A DNA stretch of 63,724 bases, taken from positions 1 through 63,724 of the forward strand of contig JBCBHL010000001.1 in NCBI GenBank assembly GCA_038525605.1, given 5' to 3'. Within the stretch, counting starts at the first letter, position 1; every line of letters begins with the position of its first letter. The notes under the pieces are model-generated. The model saw only the letters and a list, made by a program, of their open reading frames with translations. It was not told the DNA's origin and made no database searches. This document shows positions 56,280-63,724 of this stretch, in pieces. This stretch comes from Bacteroidota bacterium. Lineage in GTDB: Bacteria; Bacteroidota; Bacteroidia; Cytophagales; Cyclobacteriaceae. The position numbers and the translations under genes are program-made.

Positions 56280-58253
56280 TCAGGCTAATGCATTTCGTCC
56301 TCTCAGAAACGTAATGGCCGCTGTATCCAGCGCTAACACTCTGGCACCACTCATTAAAGATGCTTGTCTAAAGTCAGCATTTGTCAAAATCGCTCCTGTG
56401 AAATGTCGCGTATTTAGCTTCGGCCTGGCCCTTCTCAATCTTGCCCTTGGTTCTTCGCCTACAGCGGCAGGTCGGACAGTATGAAACATAGCATTGTTAA
56501 AAGTCACATTAGTCAAATCTGCATTTTGAAAATTTACACGATATAGCTCCGCATTATCAAATATTCCTCTTATCAGTTGTGAGCTTGAAAAATTCACATT
56601 AATTATCCTACAATTGCTAAAATTCGCTCTCGTCAGGTTATCGTTAACAAATGGACCTATGGCATCTATCTGAAGACCCCGAAAATCTGAGTTTATGAAA
56701 GAAATTCCTCCCAAAACTGAATTATCTAGTAAACCTTGTGTGATAACTTGCCATGACAGATTGGCACCAGTAAGAACGGTATTACGATATATCACATTGT
56801 TCATTATGGCACCTCTTAGGTCAGCTCCAGACAGATCAGCATTATCCAGGTCGGCTCCTCTAAGGTTAGCCCACCGAAGGTCGGCCCCAGACAGATTAGC
56901 ATTACTCAGATTGGCTGTTGTGAGAGTAGTACGCCGAAGGTCAGCTCCAGTCAGATCAGCACGATGCAGGTTGGCTCCTGTAAGGTTAGTCCCTCTTAGA
57001 TCAGCCCCAGACAGAACAGCTCTACGTAGATTGGCTCCTGTAAGGTCATTGCCTTGTAAGTGAGCATTTTGTAGATTAGCATGTGCAAAATTCACATTCG
57101 GCATTTGAAAAAATGACATATTCAGACCTGGTAAACTAGCATGTGGAAATATATCGAGCATACCTGCGTGATTGGGGAACAGAAGTGTTTGATGTCTAAA
57201 CCGGGTTCCGTTTAACCAGATATTATTTAATGATAAGTTTGGGCGGTTTTGAACATTCATATTATTTCCTCTCCCAAACCAAAGTATAAATGCTAAAGAA
57301 TCCGTATCGAATCTTGCGTTATCAAAATTAGTCTGCAAATTAAATAAAACCTGGTCATCAAACTCGGAGTCAGAAAATGTTACAAACGATAAATCTGTGC
57401 TTCGAAAATCACATTGATTTAAATCGCAACTATAAAATTCACTAGTACGAATGTTCAAATTAGCAAAGTTTCTATTGTTGAATGTACATCTATGATAGGT
57501 AATGCCTTGTAGTAATGCTGGCTGAACTGCCTGCATGTTAACCCCACTCAAATCGTGACCAGAAAACCTATCTACCGGAACTGCAAGAGTAAGGGCTGCT
57601 ACGAATTGTTGTGTATTTGGATTTGCGACCCCTGTATAGTTAGTGTAAAGTTGAATCACCTCATCATCTGTTTTTTGATATCTCTGCAAAGGCATTGAAT
57701 CATTTTTGAAATCTTCGATGATCATTTGATTAATAGCACTATCAACTACAATATTTGAATTGGCAGCTCTTTTTCCCATCACGTCTGCTTCTTTCTCCAA
57801 ACCAGCATCTTCATTGACAGCTATCTTTCCCTGGAACTGCATAGTGGGTTTCACCCTCCCCTGCTTTTGCTGTACCACATGCCAGGCTTCATGTGGCAAG
57901 TGCTTTTCTTGTCCGGGTCCCAGGTGAATATTTGTTCCTTGTGCATAGGCAAGGGCATTGAGTTGTGCTGGTCTCGTTGAGTTATAATGTACTTTTACAT
58001 CATCCATTGCATAACCGGAAAGATTTTCGATTCCGGACTTCAATTGATCAGGCAGTCCGGTTCGATTAGGTTTTCGCTGTATAGAGGAATTAGTATTGGC
58101 TTTTGACTCCTCAATGTCATTTTTTAGCCGGCGCTGGTAAACAGTGGACGGGCGGTCGTCTGTAATTGTGATTGATTCCTGACTGCCAGCAACTTCTTGT
58201 TGGGTCTTCCTTTGAGCTATTTGATCATTTGAATATTCAAGTGATTCTTTCAT
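56280..58253 (-). CDS. DUF4157 / eCIS-core domain protein with a C-terminal pentapeptide-repeat domain
   Basis: 657 aa. The N-terminal block is nearly identical to that of 58301-60022. The C-terminal half has a long run of A(D/N)LxX pentapeptides (NLTGANLHRADLTGADLRRTTLTTANLSNANLSGADLRWANLRGADLDNADLSGADLRGA). Confidence 0.85.
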   Translation of the reverse strand: MKESLEYSNDQIAQRKTQQEVAGSQESITITDDRPSTVYQRRLKNDIEESKANTNSSIQRKPNRTGLPDQLKSGIENLSGYAMDDVKVHYNSTRPAQLNALAYAQGTNIHLGPGQEKHLPHEAWHVVQQKQGRVKPTMQFQGKIAVNEDAGLEKEADVMGKRAANSNIVVDSAINQMIIEDFKNDSMPLQRYQKTDDEVIQLYTNYTGVANPNTQQFVAALTLAVPVDRFSGHDLSGVNMQAVQPALLQGITYHRCTFNNRNFANLNIRTSEFYSCDLNQCDFRSTDLSFVTFSDSEFDDQVLFNLQTNFDNARFDTDSLAFILWFGRGNNMNVQNRPNLSLNNIWLNGTRFRHQTLLFPNHAGMLDIFPHASLPGLNMSFFQMPNVNFAHANLQNAHLQGNDLTGANLRRAVLSGADLRGTNLTGANLHRADLTGADLRRTTLTTANLSNANLSGADLRWANLRGADLDNADLSGADLRGAIMNNVIYRNTVLTGANLSWQVITQGLLDNSVLGGISFINSDFRGLQIDAIGPFVNDNLTRANFSNCRIINVNFSSSQLIRGIFDNAELYRVNFQNADLTNVTFNNAMFHTVRPAAVGEEPRARLRRARPKLNTRHFTGAILTNADFRQASLMSGARVLALDTAAITFLRGRNALA

Positions 58254-58300
58254 TGTACACCTTATTTTAATGGTTAGTACTCCTATTTCTAAGTCGCTGA

Positions 58301-60022
58301 CTAATCCTCAACGTTGATAGTCCTCACCAGATCGAAGACTGCTAAAGCGAAAGGTTTTAATTTTGAAGGAGGCACATCATTCCTGAGTTTGCGCAGTTCA
58401 ATAATAGCTCCTGCTCTGTTTTGTTCTGTTTCGGAATCTCCTATATCTGAGGTGTTAGTCATTCCAAACTCCCCTGTTCTGTTAGTTTGACCGTAACCGT
58501 CCAAAGCAGTAGGCCAAATGCTCTGCAAATCTTGTCCATTACTCAATAAGTTCAGTAAGTTTCTAATAGTCATTTGATTTCTGTTAAGGCCATCAGGAAC
58601 TTTCGGAACAATTAATTGATTTTTAATCGCTGGAGGTATTCCGTTGATTACCGCTATTTCACCAGGGTTGAGGGAGTTATAAAACGGGAGTAACCCCATT
58701 CTAAAAAGGAATGGCATATAATATTTAATAACAGAACTATCCTCCGGGTTTATTGCTCCACTTCCACTAGCTTCTGCCATACCGTAGAGTATTGCCATAA
58801 AACTTATCGTCTTTTCTGATGCATTTACCCTCTGACCAAACTCTTTTGCCTTTTTTAATCCATTAGCCCAGGCGCTCCTAAATGGTTTTTGATCTTCCTT
58901 TTGACTCCAGCCGATGGTATTTGTATACTTTGTCAGTGGCTTATCTAGTAGTTTACCCAAATATGTTTTGTAATAAGCCCTCGTACCTAATCTCTTATAA
59001 GTTCTGCCTTTACCCTTTCTGAATGGGGCTTTGGTTAATCGATCGATTAAATAATGGATCTTTTCAAACTTAACACCTACAGTTGCCTGTGGGTGAAAAT
59101 GAACTGAACCATTTACATCGAAAAATAGAGTGGTAGTTGGAAACGTAACCCCTCCACTTATATAACTAGGCAACCAGGCTAGTGACCCTGGGTGCAAATT
59201 GGTCACTTGTTGCTCATGTCTGATGCCCTTCGTAAACGTTTCGACTTCAGTCATAATCTCTTCGAGTCGTCTACGCCCAGGGTCAGTCTCATCAACTGCT
59301 ACTGTAATGATTTCCAACTCATCAAATGAATTCCCATAATCTCCTTCTATCTTAAAGCCATCGGCCCGAGCTAGCTCGTTCTCTTCGGTAGTACCCATCC
59401 CAGCATCGTAATGGTTTGAGTTAAATGTCACGCTATCATAAGCCTGGAACTCAAACCCAATTTTCCGTTGAATGGGTCCATTAGCGGTATTACTTTCTTT
59501 AAGCTGTGCAGGATTATCAGTCTTAAGCCGCATTGCCTTATCACCCATTACATCTGCCTCTTTTTCTAATCCAGCATCGTCATTGATCTTGACTCCTCTT
59601 TTGAATTGAAAAGTTGGCCTTACCCTTCCCTGCTTTTGTTGTACTACGTGCCAGGCTTCATGTGGGAGGTGCTGTTCCTGTCCGGGTCCGAGGTGGATAT
59701 TTGTTCCTTGTGCATAGGCAAGGGCATTGAATTGTGCTGGCCTGGCTGAGTTATAATGAACATTTACATCATCCATTGCATAACCGGAAAGGTTTTCGAT
59801 TCCGGACTTCAGTTGGTCAGGCAGTCCGGTTTGATTAGGTTTTCGTTGTATAGAGGAATTAGTATTGGCTTTAGACTCCTCAATGTCATTTTTTAGCCGG
59901 CGCTGATAAACAGTGGATGGGCGGTCGTCTGTAATTGTGATTGATTCCTGACTGCCAGCAACTTCTTGCTGGGTCTTCCTTTGCGCTTTTGGGTCATTTG
60001 AATATTCAAGTGATGCTTTCAT
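58301..60022 (-). CDS. DUF4157 / eCIS-core domain protein with a C-terminal module showing GS/amidoligase-like motifs (divergent relative of family C)
   Basis: 573 aa. N-terminal block HEAWHVVQQKQGRVRPT. C-terminal motifs IGFEFQAY, ELEIITVAV, SVHFHPQATVG, YMPFLFRMG and AIIELRK. Confidence 0.8.
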   Translation of the reverse strand: MKASLEYSNDPKAQRKTQQEVAGSQESITITDDRPSTVYQRRLKNDIEESKANTNSSIQRKPNQTGLPDQLKSGIENLSGYAMDDVNVHYNSARPAQFNALAYAQGTNIHLGPGQEQHLPHEAWHVVQQKQGRVRPTFQFKRGVKINDDAGLEKEADVMGDKAMRLKTDNPAQLKESNTANGPIQRKIGFEFQAYDSVTFNSNHYDAGMGTTEENELARADGFKIEGDYGNSFDELEIITVAVDETDPGRRRLEEIMTEVETFTKGIRHEQQVTNLHPGSLAWLPSYISGGVTFPTTTLFFDVNGSVHFHPQATVGVKFEKIHYLIDRLTKAPFRKGKGRTYKRLGTRAYYKTYLGKLLDKPLTKYTNTIGWSQKEDQKPFRSAWANGLKKAKEFGQRVNASEKTISFMAILYGMAEASGSGAINPEDSSVIKYYMPFLFRMGLLPFYNSLNPGEIAVINGIPPAIKNQLIVPKVPDGLNRNQMTIRNLLNLLSNGQDLQSIWPTALDGYGQTNRTGEFGMTNTSDIGDSETEQNRAGAIIELRKLRNDVPPSKLKPFALAVFDLVRTINVED

Positions 60023-60034
60023 TCCTGAATGAAT

Positions 60035-61135
60035 TTACGATTTCTGCAAATTCACTGTAGAGGTCAAAGAATACAGTTCCTCGTCCAGCAGGCCATCTAA
60101 AAAAACGTTGAGTCCATTGGCTATGGCAGCTGTCACCGTATGGTCACCAGCACTCAACAGCTTCTGAATATTCTCCGGATCGGCATTAGACATGTCCGAA
60201 TCGTAATCTCTCGCACTAGTAGGGACATCTATCCTTTTGTAATTAATTTGTCCTTCTTCCCTTACTGATTTAAAAATCGCATCCATCTGATAGGTCGTCG
60301 TATCCACACCGCCATCCATCATGATGTCGGGGATATATTGCGCCCATTTCAGCAAACTCCATCGACCACTTATTTTAGTCCTTTTCAATGAAAATTGACC
60401 TCCACCAGTACCGATAGAAAGCATATACATATCCTCCGCCCTTGGTTCCTTAATATTTCTGTCTTTAAAATGGTGATTCCTCGCCTCTGCATAAGCGCAT
60501 AATGCAGGACTATTGGCAAACACACCCCCATCAATGTTGCGCATCTCTCTTTCTTCAGCATCCGCAATATTCGCTTTATTCCTGATAAAAGCAGAAGGAA
60601 AATATGTGGGAGCAGCAGAGGTAGATCTGAGAACATCTTTCAAAAGAAACTTTCTTTTACGCCGATCATCTGTGCTGTTGAAGAAAAAAGCAGAGCGACT
60701 GTTAATGTCGTATGTGGGTATAAGGCATGGCTTGAGCAATTCATGCATGTATGTATTCCCAAACTTTATTTCAAGCAGCTGCTCCAGATGCTTTGGACTA
60801 AAAGCAGTTCCATTGAGCAATCCCCATAATCGCCTGAACTCGGGGATTTTTGACTTGTTGAAAATATCATAGCCTTCTTCTACAAATAGATCTAAAGCTT
60901 CAGAAGCACTAAATTTTGCTTTTTGAGGCTGTTTCTCATCGGGCATTAGATACAATGCAGCCAGAATTCCACCAATACTGGTCCCTGTAATGAAATCAAA
61001 GTGATTCGCGATAGTAGTTCCCGGAGCTTTCTTCTGTAAATATTGTTCCGCATATTTGACGACTGTTGCCGGTATGATCCCTCTTATCCCTCCTCCATCA
61101 AGAGACAGGATTCTAATCTTCTTTTTATCTTTCAT
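60035..61135 (-). CDS. Patatin-like phospholipase
   Basis: 366 aa with oxyanion-hole motif DGGGIRG, nucleophile elbow GTSIGG (GxSxG) and catalytic Asp motif DGGVFANSP. It has no DUF4157 domain. Gaps to the neighbouring genes are 12 nt and 7 nt. Confidence 0.9.
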   Translation of the reverse strand: MKDKKKIRILSLDGGGIRGIIPATVVKYAEQYLQKKAPGTTIANHFDFITGTSIGGILAALYLMPDEKQPQKAKFSASEALDLFVEEGYDIFNKSKIPEFRRLWGLLNGTAFSPKHLEQLLEIKFGNTYMHELLKPCLIPTYDINSRSAFFFNSTDDRRKRKFLLKDVLRSTSAAPTYFPSAFIRNKANIADAEEREMRNIDGGVFANSPALCAYAEARNHHFKDRNIKEPRAEDMYMLSIGTGGGQFSLKRTKISGRWSLLKWAQYIPDIMMDGGVDTTTYQMDAIFKSVREEGQINYKRIDVPTSARDYDSDMSNADPENIQKLLSAGDHTVTAAIANGLNVFLDGLLDEELYSLTSTVNLQKS

Positions 61136-61142
61136 GAGTATA

Positions 61143-62528
61143 TTAGTTTAATAGTATGCCTTCTTTTTGTAGCTCTCTTCTAATAGCAGTTTCCAGATTC
61201 TGAAGTGTAATTGTTGTTTTTCCTTGCGTAATGGCATTCAAAGTACACTTCCTCACCACATTCATCATCAGACCACCTGATATTTCAAACTTTTCTGCGA
61301 GTTTCCACAGATCAACTTTGTCATCTAGTGGCATTTTGGAAGAGAATGACTGACTCCAAAGCTTATGTCGCTCCTCTACTCCAGGCATTCTAAACTCAAC
61401 CATCGACTGAAACCTTCGCGAAAACGCCTCGTCGATGTTATCCATGAGGTTGGTTGCCAATAAAACTACACCATCAAAATCTTCAATCCTTTGCAACAGA
61501 TATCCGATTTCCTGATTACCATAGCGATCGTTTGCACTACTGACCTGTGTCCTTTTTCCAAATAGTGAATCAGCTTCATCAAAAAATAATATCCATCCAT
61601 GTTTCTGTGCCTGGTCAAAGACTTTAGCCAGGTTCTTTTCGGTTTCGCCGATGTATTTGGAAACGACCATACTGATATCAACCCGGTAGACTGATTTATG
61701 AGTCACCTTGCCCAATAATGCCGCAGACATGGTTTTACCTGTTCCCGGAGGGCCATAGAAAAGACTTTTATAACCCGGTTTCAGTCTGCGTCCCAGCCCG
61801 AAATCATCCATAATTACCTGCTCGTGCTGTACCCAGTCTTTTATTTCCTGCAAGCTTCTGGCAGTAGATTTAGAAACTACCAGGTCGTCCCATTCCAAAC
61901 CGGACTGTATCCGCTGAGCGGGAAAGTCAGCACTGAATACAGCCTGATAGGTCTTTCCGATGAGCAATTGCTCGGAATACTCTCTTGAAACCATCCATAC
62001 CCCACTATTGAGTGGCATTCCGGACCTCTGCCCAAATCGATCGATGATCCCCAGACTGATCAGTTTGAAGTCACCTGCAAATGCTTTCTGATACCTCAGT
62101 CTTTTTGACAGATCGCCTCCTGCCACCAGAAAAAGTGCAGTATCTACAGTGGCAATAAGTCCATTGTGTCCTTCCAGTAACACACCGCCAAACTCACTAA
62201 ATCTGCGGTCGTAATCTTTGTTTTTACTCAAAAGAATGTCAAGTGCCTCCGGTTTTACATGCGGAATAATTGCCAGGCAGAGCAATAGCCTTTCATCAAA
62301 ACCCAAGGCGTTTTTGCTAACAAAATCAGCATAGGGATCTTCTTTGTCCTTTAACCCAGGAGGTGGAAGTTCATAGATAGACTGGTAAGGTGTTTCATGA
62401 TTGAAATAGAGTGCGAGCCTGATGTGTAAAACTTCCTGAAACCATGCTAGCTCATGACCAATTGCAGTGGCCTTTTCATTGCTATCTGCTAAAATTCTAT
62501 CGCTATTTGTCTCTGTTTGACCGATCAT
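61143..62528 (-). CDS. AAA+ ATPase, Afp15/Pvc15-like (contractile injection system-associated)
   Basis: 461 aa. An N-terminal domain of about 230 aa (ELAWFQEVLHIRLALYF) is followed by one AAA+ module with Walker A GPPGTGKT and Walker B ILFFDEAD. The CIS link rests on its context next to DUF4157 genes and the tape-measure-like gene. Confidence 0.75.
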   Translation of the reverse strand: MIGQTETNSDRILADSNEKATAIGHELAWFQEVLHIRLALYFNHETPYQSIYELPPPGLKDKEDPYADFVSKNALGFDERLLLCLAIIPHVKPEALDILLSKNKDYDRRFSEFGGVLLEGHNGLIATVDTALFLVAGGDLSKRLRYQKAFAGDFKLISLGIIDRFGQRSGMPLNSGVWMVSREYSEQLLIGKTYQAVFSADFPAQRIQSGLEWDDLVVSKSTARSLQEIKDWVQHEQVIMDDFGLGRRLKPGYKSLFYGPPGTGKTMSAALLGKVTHKSVYRVDISMVVSKYIGETEKNLAKVFDQAQKHGWILFFDEADSLFGKRTQVSSANDRYGNQEIGYLLQRIEDFDGVVLLATNLMDNIDEAFSRRFQSMVEFRMPGVEERHKLWSQSFSSKMPLDDKVDLWKLAEKFEISGGLMMNVVRKCTLNAITQGKTTITLQNLETAIRRELQKEGILLN

Positions 62529-62546
62529 TTCTCCTTAAATTTCATA

Positions 62547-63724
62547 TTACCATTCTACTACTAAAACCCTATCCATCCAGGGTAAACTAACCGTATGATA
62601 GCCCCAGGGCAGTTTCTGCAGCAGAATATCATACGTTTCTCTCTGCACCTGCAACAACCAGTGATTGTCCCGAATTCTCAGTGAGGCTGGTCTTTCAAGA
62701 TAGGAGGTGACAAATCCTTTCACAGACATGTTTTTCCATTGTGGCACCTGTCTGATAATAGCCTTAAGCAGGCCATCGACTATCTCCTTGTCAGAATCTG
62801 AGATATCGGTGATCCGGACTGCCTCTTCCATAGGAATCCCACATAAGACCTTTGCCAGCGGTAGCTGTCCCTCAAAAATTTCCGTTTCTTCCTGCCCACA
62901 AATAAACTGAAGCATGCAGGCTGCTTTTTGCCTTGCCGGGATGTCTTTAAACACCTGGTCTTCTACCAGCCCGAGATTCTCAAAAAACCTAGCCAGAAAA
63001 GGCCATAACAAGACGAGTCCTGCATTAGACACTGAAATGAAATCCGTATCATTAAAGTCAGACAAACCTGCCTGTATTGAGCTGCTTTTGAAGGCCTGCG
63101 CTTTGTGAATTTCCCAATCTATCTGATGGACATATTCTGCCAGCGGAATTAATTTAGTCTTCACTAATTCCTCAATCCGTTTTTTTGCCTGCTGATCAGC
63201 ATCGCCCTGACTGCTCTGACCGTTTCCTCTGATTCCAGTCAATAAAACTGCATTTTCAGCATTTGACTGTAACTCCTGCAACAGGTTTTCGAGTTTTTGT
63301 AATGATGCCGATGAAACTCCCTTGAAAGCAGATCCTGAGATTTTATTGGCTAGATGCTGAAAGAAATGCTGCCATAGCTCAATCTCCTTGTTCAATGACA
63401 AATAATACCTGATCAGACTCTTTATGCTCTTCACTGACTTCAGCACAGTACTTTCCCGTTTTACCGAATCAACTCCCAGCAAATCGAGTGTTGATGTGCT
63501 GTAAATGCTTTTCATTTGCAAAAAGGATCGCGGTGGCTGCTGAGCCATCGGTAACTGATTGAAGATATTAAATATCAGCGCTTTTACAATTTCTCTATGC
63601 GATGGTACCTTCGCTAGCTTCGGCCCTGAAAACTGTATTTGCTTTTTGACTTGTTCTATGAGTTTCTGAACATCTACTAAGGATATTCCTGCGATCAGAT
63701 AGATACTTTTGATGAGCTGTTCTT
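62547..63724 (-). CDS. Hypothetical protein, probably a contractile injection system tape-measure-like (Afp14-position) protein. The 5' end lies outside the window.
   Basis: The track ORF starts at 63548, but my translation of 63549-63724 in the same frame (EQLIKSIYLIAGISLVDVQKLIEQVKKQIQFSGPKLAKVPSHREIVKALIFNIFNQLP-MAQ...) has no stop, so the gene is truncated by the window edge. The blocks NAGLVLLWPFLARFFENLGL and LPWGYHTVSLPWMDRVLVVEW match my memory of proteins found just upstream of the eCIS ATPase. The assignment is unverified. Confidence 0.45.
   Translation of the reverse strand, partial: EQLIKSIYLIAGISLVDVQKLIEQVKKQIQFSGPKLAKVPSHREIVKALIFNIFNQLPMAQQPPRSFLQMKSIYSTSTLDLLGVDSVKRESTVLKSVKSIKSLIRYYLSLNKEIELWQHFFQHLANKISGSAFKGVSSASLQKLENLLQELQSNAENAVLLTGIRGNGQSSQGDADQQAKKRIEELVKTKLIPLAEYVHQIDWEIHKAQAFKSSSIQAGLSDFNDTDFISVSNAGLVLLWPFLARFFENLGLVEDQVFKDIPARQKAACMLQFICGQEETEIFEGQLPLAKVLCGIPMEEAVRITDISDSDKEIVDGLLKAIIRQVPQWKNMSVKGFVTSYLERPASLRIRDNHWLLQVQRETYDILLQKLPWGYHTVSLPWMDRVLVVEW

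Noticed and set aside
56695-57063. Plus-strand 122-aa Arg/Ala/Pro/Leu-rich ORF
   Set aside because: It is the antisense reading of the pentapeptide-repeat coding region. Its periodicity is inherited from the real minus-strand gene.
33001-63724. Mobile element hallmarks (integrase, transposase, tRNA attachment site, flanking direct repeats) for the accessory island
   Set aside because: None are recognisable in the window. The island appears to be the payload end of a larger operon rather than an independently mobile element. The right boundary is not visible.

Overview
This window looks like a low-GC Bacteroidota chromosome (Cytophagia-like gene content), based on sequence and protein motifs only. 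It has two parts.

(1) Positions 1 to about 32.8 kb are ordinary core genome. They carry a partial ispG, an SDR, an MlaE/MlaF-type ABC pair, rlmF, a large multi-TM histidine kinase, a serine hydrolase and a HAD-SerA fusion. A 17 kb minus-strand respiratory supercluster holds Alternative Complex III (actABCDEF), a caa3-type cytochrome c oxidase (subunits II, I, III, III, IV) and heme A biosynthesis and assembly genes (ctaA, ctaB, SCO-like, DUF420, DUF983). Four unannotated small genes for GG-leader (bacteriocin-type) peptides are also present: a tandem triplet at 5606-5999 and a Cys-rich one at 32807-32998.

(2) Positions 33.2 to 63.7 kb are an all-minus-strand accessory island and the main item of interest. 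At its upstream (right) end sit a partial tape-measure-like gene and an Afp15-like AAA+ ATPase typical of extracellular contractile injection system (eCIS) loci. A patatin phospholipase follows, then 12 paralogous genes. Each encodes a conserved N-terminal DUF4157 / eCIS-core HExxH domain: 10 copies with HEAWHVVQQKQGR and 2 with HEVAHAIDN. These are fused to different C-terminal modules: a recurring module with glutamine-synthetase/amidoligase-like motif order, a second shared family, pentapeptide repeats, HExxH metalloprotease-like modules, a possible R-S-ExE ADP-ribosyltransferase, and orphans. A cytochrome P450 gene sits inside the array.

The island also contains near-identical N-terminal cassettes indicating recent recombination, conserved upstream leader blocks, and a degenerate array of about 24 copies of a 21-bp tandem repeat. 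The CIS structural genes themselves are not in the window and are expected beyond 63724. I saw no rRNA, tRNA, CRISPR, transposase or integrase.
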